DNA from: a virus
Lineage: Duplodnaviria > Caudoviricetes
IMG/VR virus record: IMGVR_UViG_3300044730_002040
Span: 11,795-75,794 of that record
DNA: 64,000 bases
Reading direction: 5' to 3' (one strand)
Positions 59,130 to 64,000 of this stretch are shown in pieces (within the stretch, counting starts at the first letter, position 1; each line of letters opens with the position of its first letter). Position numbers and translations under genes: made by a program. The notes beneath the pieces were generated by a model that was not told where the DNA came from, ran no database searches, and saw nothing but the letters and a program-made list of their open reading frames with translations.

Positions 59130-59932
59130 TTTTTTAAAAGATTCATTATTGTTTTGATTACTTTATCCTTCGCCTCTTCGGGATTAACTTTCTTAGCCCT
59201 TGGGGCTTCTTTTTCGCCTGGGTGCGGGTTTTTTCCTGGTCTCATTGGTCTTTCAGTTTTACCAGGTTTTTCTTTTGTACCAGGTTTTTCTTTAGTACCG
59301 GGTTTTGTTGGTGCGGTTGTTGGTCCTTCAGAAAGATATTTCATAATTTCTCCTTTTGTTATTTTTGGTGGTAAATGTTTTTCAACAATTTTCAAAATTT
59401 CGTTTTCCAAAAATAAAGATATAGGATTTTTTCCTTCTTTCAAAGATTTTTTTACGTCTTTAACACATCTCTCATACTTGTTGGTTTCTTTTGCACTCCA
59501 CAAATGTCTTTCTGTAGTTCCGAACTCTTTACCTAACTGTGCGGTACAAATTGCCCATGGATTTGTTTTTTGTTTCTTTTTACCTTCCGACATACCCATC
59601 ATTTTTCTATTATTGTCAGAATCGTCATCCATTCCATCAGGTGCCATATCATTAGCATCATGAGGAGCTTCTTGACCTGTAAGATTTTGAAGTGCGTCGG
59701 CACCTAAAGCATTTTGGTCAGTAACATCATCAGTTTCATCTTCATAGACCTCAAAAGGTTTTTTCTCATTTTTTAATCTTTGCATAGTTGTAGAGTCATC
59801 TTTTGAAACCATAGTAATTTCAGAAACTAATTTCTTATGTAAAGAACTAATTTGGTTCTCTGTAAGCTTAGAAACTAATTTTGATGATAATCCTTTTTCT
59901 ACTAACTCAAGTGCCTTTATATTATTTTTCAT
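59126..59932 (-). CDS. hypothetical protein, possible internal head protein
   Basis: several hydrophobic-x-E motifs, NPWAIC...YERCV, C-terminal KPGTKE repeats. Confidence 0.6.
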   Translation of the reverse strand: MKNNIKALELVEKGLSSKLVSKLTENQISSLHKKLVSEITMVSKDDSTTMQRLKNEKKPFEVYEDETDDVTDQNALGADALQNLTGQEAPHDANDMAPDGMDDDSDNNRKMMGMSEGKKKQKTNPWAICTAQLGKEFGTTERHLWSAKETNKYERCVKDVKKSLKEGKNPISLFLENEILKIVEKHLPPKITKGEIMKYLSEGPTTAPTKPGTKEKPGTKEKPGKTERPMRPGKNPHPGEKEAPRAKKVNPEEAKDKVIKTIMNLLKK

Positions 59933-60317
59933 AAACTACTTTTTTTTCAAATTCGAGAATTAAATCTCTTTCGTATAATTTATCTTTGATTTTTTGTTCA
60001 TCCTCACCAAATCTGAAGACCAATCTCTTTTGTCCTCTAACTTCATCTGGCTCCCAAGCTAAAGACACAACATCATCCATTGCGTCTATCATACAAAAAA
60101 AATCGGAGTTTTGAATTAATTCCAACTTAATATCGGTATTCCTCAAAACTCCAACTTTTTTAATTTTATTTAGTTCAGGAGGACTTGGATATCCATTAGA
60201 AGGTTTACTTTCCCAAGATTCTCCCCAAACATCTATATCATCAGAAAAAATAAATTCGTAAATATTATCACCTTTGTAGTTAGGTCCAAGACCATTCACA
60301 AAAATTAAATAACTCAT
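59922..60317 (-). CDS. hypothetical protein
   Basis: 131-aa ORF overlapping both neighbours. Confidence 0.6.
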   Translation of the reverse strand: MSYLIFVNGLGPNYKGDNIYEFIFSDDIDVWGESWESKPSNGYPSPPELNKIKKVGVLRNTDIKLELIQNSDFFCMIDAMDDVVSLAWEPDEVRGQKRLVFRFGEDEQKIKDKLYERDLILEFEKKVVYEK

Positions 60318-61534
60318 ATTACTAATCCCTCAGGTGTAATTTTTACTTGTTTTTCTGAACTTTCAAAAACCAAATTTTTCTTATTAGTTTTACCTACCAA
60401 AGTGAATTTTGAATTTTCTTCGAGAAATTTTTTCGACGCTAATTCTTGTTCAACAGTTTCAGTAAACTTAACAATACCTTTCATTTTTTCTTTTAGACGA
60501 GCATTGTTTTCTTTTTGTCTTCTGACTTTGTTTTCTCTTTCCTCCAAAATTTCTTTTTTTGAAACTTCAAAGTATTTAGACAAAACTTTGTCAACTTTAG
60601 ATTCTTTGAAAACGTTGTTCAAAATCATACCGTGACCCTCTCCCATTTCTTGGTCAACCGGAATATCCATGTCTGCTTGAATATCTTCAACTTCGGTGTC
60701 GGATGTGATGTCCTCAGTTTCAGAATCTTCCATACCCATATCCTCACCTCTCTCTTCAGCTTCTTCGAATTTAGACATGATATCTTCCTTATCCTCATCA
60801 CTTAAATTTTTCAAATCGAGTGATGACAATACCATGTTAATTACATATTTTATATCCTCAGAGGTCATTCCATCTTGATTGTCAAACTCTCTGATTTTTT
60901 GTGTCAATTTACCAGTCAATTTCTGAATAGATTTGAAAGAAACCATCTCATCTGATGGTTCAGTTTCCATGTCAGCAGACATTTCCATTTCTCCTTCAGG
61001 TGATGAAATTTCAGCATCCATTTCAACATCTCCCATTTCAGGACTTTGGTCTTCAGGACCCATATCAGCCGCCATTTCAGGGGCTGGTAATTCAGGAGCA
61101 GGTACCGCTGGCGGTGCAGCTGGTGCTGCCACAGCATCAACTTCGACTTCAGGTTTAGGAGTCTTTAAAACAAACTTTTTTTGTTCACCAAAAAGTTCAA
61201 CACCTTCTTCATTTTCGTTTAGTCTGTTAATTTCTTTAGCTAGTAAATTAAGTCTCTTCAAAGCTTGAGAATATGAAGAATAATATTTTCTATTTTTCAT
61301 AGGTTCCAAATAATCAGAAACAGATTCTGAAATATTTTTCTTGATAACATAACCTAATTTTTCCTTGACTATTTGATATTCGGTGCCATCCGCTAATGGG
61401 ATTGAAAATTCTGTACTAGCCGTTTCGTTAAGATTTTTTGGGGTTACTTCTTTATATTTGGCAATCTCCAAAATTCTTTGTATCTTATCTTGACCAGTTA
61501 ATTTTTCACTTCCGATTGGTTTTAAATCTGACAT
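60314..61534 (-). CDS. hypothetical acidic protein, possible core/internal head protein
   Basis: Ala/Pro and Met/Glu/Asp tracts; NLNE, ISES, RLNE motifs. Confidence 0.6.
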   Translation of the reverse strand: MSDLKPIGSEKLTGQDKIQRILEIAKYKEVTPKNLNETASTEFSIPLADGTEYQIVKEKLGYVIKKNISESVSDYLEPMKNRKYYSSYSQALKRLNLLAKEINRLNENEEGVELFGEQKKFVLKTPKPEVEVDAVAAPAAPPAVPAPELPAPEMAADMGPEDQSPEMGDVEMDAEISSPEGEMEMSADMETEPSDEMVSFKSIQKLTGKLTQKIREFDNQDGMTSEDIKYVINMVLSSLDLKNLSDEDKEDIMSKFEEAEERGEDMGMEDSETEDITSDTEVEDIQADMDIPVDQEMGEGHGMILNNVFKESKVDKVLSKYFEVSKKEILEERENKVRRQKENNARLKEKMKGIVKFTETVEQELASKKFLEENSKFTLVGKTNKKNLVFESSEKQVKITPEGLVI

Positions 61535-61553
61535 ATTTCTAAATTTAATTTTT

Positions 61554-62540
61554 TTAATTATTTAATCCATTGAATCCTCCAAGTTCAACTGCATTCATTT
61601 GAATTGCAACACCGTAAGTTGTTGCATACTGTGGACGAGGAGGATTTGCTGTTGTTCCACTTTCACAACAACCTGGTAAACCCGGTATATCACTTTCATA
61701 GAAAGTATTCACTTGAGTACCAGTATATGATGTACAATTATTGAAATCGTCATAAGGTCCTCCTTCAAAAATTGCATAATCAACTATCGGACCATAACTT
61801 GTGTTAACAACTGCGTAACAAGCATAAGGTGTATCACCACTAAATGTAAATGTATAAACTTTATCTAACGTTGGTGATACTCCTTCAATCTCAACAATAA
61901 ATTGTTCACCTGAGTAATTTTCTATTATCCAAAAACCAGGAGGAGTAGGTGTCGGGGTTGGTGTTTTTGTTGGAGTAGGTGTATTAGTCGTTGTATTAGT
62001 TGGTGTTTGAGTTTGTGTTGGTGTTTGAGTTGGTGTTCCAGTATTTGTTGCAGTGTTTGTAGGCGTCTGTGTTGGGGAAGCCGTGATAGTTGCTGTATTA
62101 GTTGGTGTCTGTGTTGGAGTAGCTGTAGTTGTTGTTGAAGGTGTTGGTGTATTTGAGGCCGTGTTTGTAGGCGTCTGTGTTGGTGTTTGGGTAGGAGTTC
62201 CTGTATTTGTTGCAGTATTAGTTGGTGTGTTTGTTGGTGTTTTTGTCGGAGTTGGAGTCTGCGAAGAGGTTTGAGTAGGTGTAACCGAAGCCGTTGGGGT
62301 TGGAGTTGGGACTAATAAACATGTGCCACAATCACCATAATCAGATGACATGGTAAGAACTTTATCGACACCTGTAGCAGGCTCAGCATTGTCAATTATA
62401 TCATAACATCCCTCAGGAGTTGCCCCTGTAAAAGTCAAATAATAGTTACCATTCACCGCAGGAAGTGACGAACTATCAAAATCTACTAAAATCGCAGAAC
62501 CACCAGAACAGGGTCCTAAAGAATATGTTACTAAGGCCAT
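61554..62540 (-). CDS. mucin-like Thr/Pro-repeat virion protein
   Basis: two related ~70-aa Cys-containing domains flanking ~125 aa of TPTNT/TPTQT repeats; late motif upstream. Confidence 0.75.
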   Translation of the reverse strand: MALVTYSLGPCSGGSAILVDFDSSSLPAVNGNYYLTFTGATPEGCYDIIDNAEPATGVDKVLTMSSDYGDCGTCLLVPTPTPTASVTPTQTSSQTPTPTKTPTNTPTNTATNTGTPTQTPTQTPTNTASNTPTPSTTTTATPTQTPTNTATITASPTQTPTNTATNTGTPTQTPTQTQTPTNTTTNTPTPTKTPTPTPTPPGFWIIENYSGEQFIVEIEGVSPTLDKVYTFTFSGDTPYACYAVVNTSYGPIVDYAIFEGGPYDDFNNCTSYTGTQVNTFYESDIPGLPGCCESGTTANPPRPQYATTYGVAIQMNAVELGGFNGLNN

Positions 62541-62552
62541 CTAATTTTTCTT

Positions 62553-62577
62553 TATAAATATACGTTTTCTATAAATA
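62553..62577 (-). promoter_or_regulatory. tandem candidate late promoters TATTTATA (62553-62560, 62570-62577)
   Basis: two copies upstream of the mucin-like gene (start 62540). Confidence 0.6.
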
Positions 62578-62585
62578 ATTTTATA

Positions 62586-64000
62586 TCAAGATACTACCTG
62601 TGTGACTTTTTTTATACTTCCCACCAAAGAAGTCAAGTCGTTTTCATAATCTTGAGCCGAAGCATACCTATTTCCACCCACATTTACAAAGTTTTTAAGC
62701 AAATCTTCAGGTTTTCTTGTACCCGTCAAATAACTTCGGGTCATCAAGTCATAGTATAAACAAACTCCGTCCTCGAAAGAGGATTGATAATTCAATTTTC
62801 CCGAATCTGTATTACCTACATTGAAAGGATTTTTGGTAATAATTGGTTTTACGTTAGGTTCTTTAGATAGTCCACCTTCCAAAGTAAGTTGAGCAAGTGC
62901 GAGCTCCGGTGGTACATATCCTCGTGAAAAATATTTTTTTGCACAACTTGCCATCATTTCTCCATCAACCTGAGCATTTGAATTTCTGTGGTCAATAAAT
63001 TTTTGACAAATTTGTTTGTATTTTTCATAATCTTGTGGGTCGTTTAAATCCAAATAAGTAAAAATGTCACCGTCTATTTCTTTTTCGTATTGAATTGAAG
63101 ATAATTCAAAATCTTTAAATTTTTTGACAATTAGAGCCGCAATGATATATTTCAAGTCTTTTGTTTCCAATTTTCCCGAAGGTGTTAACAAATACTTTTT
63201 TTGAAACTGCTCCACCGCACCTTTTGTCTCTTGACCATATTTTCCATCAACTCCGTATTTTGGTAAAAGAAATCCCAAAAATTGTAATGCTTCTTGGATT
63301 TTTTCAACATCCTTATCAAAAATTAATTTCTGACCTGGAGTAAATTCAAAACTCAGATTTTCGTCCACCATTTTCATAAGCTCGGTTAAAAAAACCGAAT
63401 TGGAAACGATTTCATTTGTATCTAGATTTTCCACACTTTCTTGAACCACTCTCTCTACCGAAAGTTCTTTATCCATGACTTTGTTTTTCATATCAAACAA
63501 TCTTTCGATATGTCCTGACCTTCTCAAGAACTTGAAGACTAAATTTTCATAAGATAGTTCCCCATCTTTTTCAAGACCAGTTTTTCTGTATTCTTTCAAC
63601 TTTTCCTTTACAGAATCTATGATTTCTTTGTCATCGGATTTGGTTGACGTACTAATCGCTTTTTCAATTTTATTTGTCCAAGAATTTATTTTATTTTTCA
63701 AAATTTTTTCATCCACGTCAAACTTTTCTTTCTTTGGTGTTTTTACCCATTCATCATTCATAACCGAATAAACACCCGAGGCGAAATGAGATTCCTTTTC
63801 ATCCTGTGCATAAAGTTCTACATCGTGACCATATATTTTTATATCATGATTGGTATTAAAAACGAATTTTTTCAAATCAAACAATTCTTTGTAAAGTTTT
63901 TCGTTTTTACCATACTCAGAGAAATCAACTATAACGTGTAAATCAAAATCGGAATATTGAGACCAATTGAAATTAGACAAAGAACCTGTTAAAATAACAT
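62586..64000 (-). CDS. nucleotidyltransferase / peptidoglycan-binding / lysozyme-like (GH73-like) fusion, 5' end outside the window
   Basis: frame open to the edge, giving VILTGSLSNFNWSQYSDFDLH (Pol-beta GS...DxD); IQEAL...GVDGKYG.ET..AVEQFQ; LAQLTLEGG, NPFNVG, RYAS. Confidence 0.75.
   Translation of the reverse strand, partial: VILTGSLSNFNWSQYSDFDLHVIVDFSEYGKNEKLYKELFDLKKFVFNTNHDIKIYGHDVELYAQDEKESHFASGVYSVMNDEWVKTPKKEKFDVDEKILKNKINSWTNKIEKAISTSTKSDDKEIIDSVKEKLKEYRKTGLEKDGELSYENLVFKFLRRSGHIERLFDMKNKVMDKELSVERVVQESVENLDTNEIVSNSVFLTELMKMVDENLSFEFTPGQKLIFDKDVEKIQEALQFLGFLLPKYGVDGKYGQETKGAVEQFQKKYLLTPSGKLETKDLKYIIAALIVKKFKDFELSSIQYEKEIDGDIFTYLDLNDPQDYEKYKQICQKFIDHRNSNAQVDGEMMASCAKKYFSRGYVPPELALAQLTLEGGLSKEPNVKPIITKNPFNVGNTDSGKLNYQSSFEDGVCLYYDLMTRSYLTGTRKPEDLLKNFVNVGGNRYASAQDYENDLTSLVGSIKKVTQVVS

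Noticed and set aside
1-64000. Eukaryotic giant virus origin, suggested by GT60, collagen and mucin repeats
   Set aside because: T4-type portal, terminase, protease, capsid and sigma genes, bacterial bS21 and overlapping operonic genes indicate a tailed bacteriophage.
1-64000. Active stop-codon reassignment, introns or inteins in core genes
   Set aside because: Polymerase, terminase, portal and MCP are uninterrupted and of plausible length under code 11; no intein or intron-type insertion seen.
1-64000. tRNA or other standalone ncRNA genes
   Set aside because: Intergenic gaps are nearly all under 100 nt and none shows a cloverleaf by eye; a tRNAscan/Infernal run is needed to exclude them formally.

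Overview
AT-rich, densely coding 64-kb segment of a large T4-like tailed-phage genome (66 credible CDSs, standard genetic code; I saw no tRNA, rRNA, CRISPR array or transposase). It holds the head-assembly module (large terminase, portal, prohead protease, scaffold, gp23-type major capsid) with an oppositely oriented ribosomal protein bS21 gene inside it. It also encodes a gp13-like neck protein, a gp55-like late sigma factor, a family B DNA polymerase, PhoH, dUTPase and an Mn/Fe-SOD fusion. The Bacteroidota-type bS21 (Tyr54), a DUF4494-like gene and the A-rich, SD-less leaders point to a Bacteroidota host. The most striking content is a very large glycosylation toolkit: 13 glycosyltransferase genes (GT60, GT25, HtrL/YibB-like, GT2, GT4, GT10, GT11, NodZ/GT23-like), a probable GDP-colitose pathway (Gmd, ColD-like, ColC/Fcl-like) and two methyltransferases. 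It lies beside mucin-like Thr/Pro-repeat proteins and a proline-free Gly-X-Y collagen-like protein, and virion proteins are enriched in an [S/T]-G-x-[T/S] motif. I infer a phage-encoded mucin-type O-glycosylation system for the virion. Other candidate systems: (i) many proteins, including SOD, WYL and nucleotidyltransferase fusions, carry hydrophobic-x-Glu tags resembling prohead-protease sites; (ii) a late-promoter motif TATTTAT(A), the reverse complement of the T4 late promoter, with one copy aimed antisense into the sigma gene; (iii) no TAG stop codons. Family assignments come from motifs recognised by eye, not from database searches.
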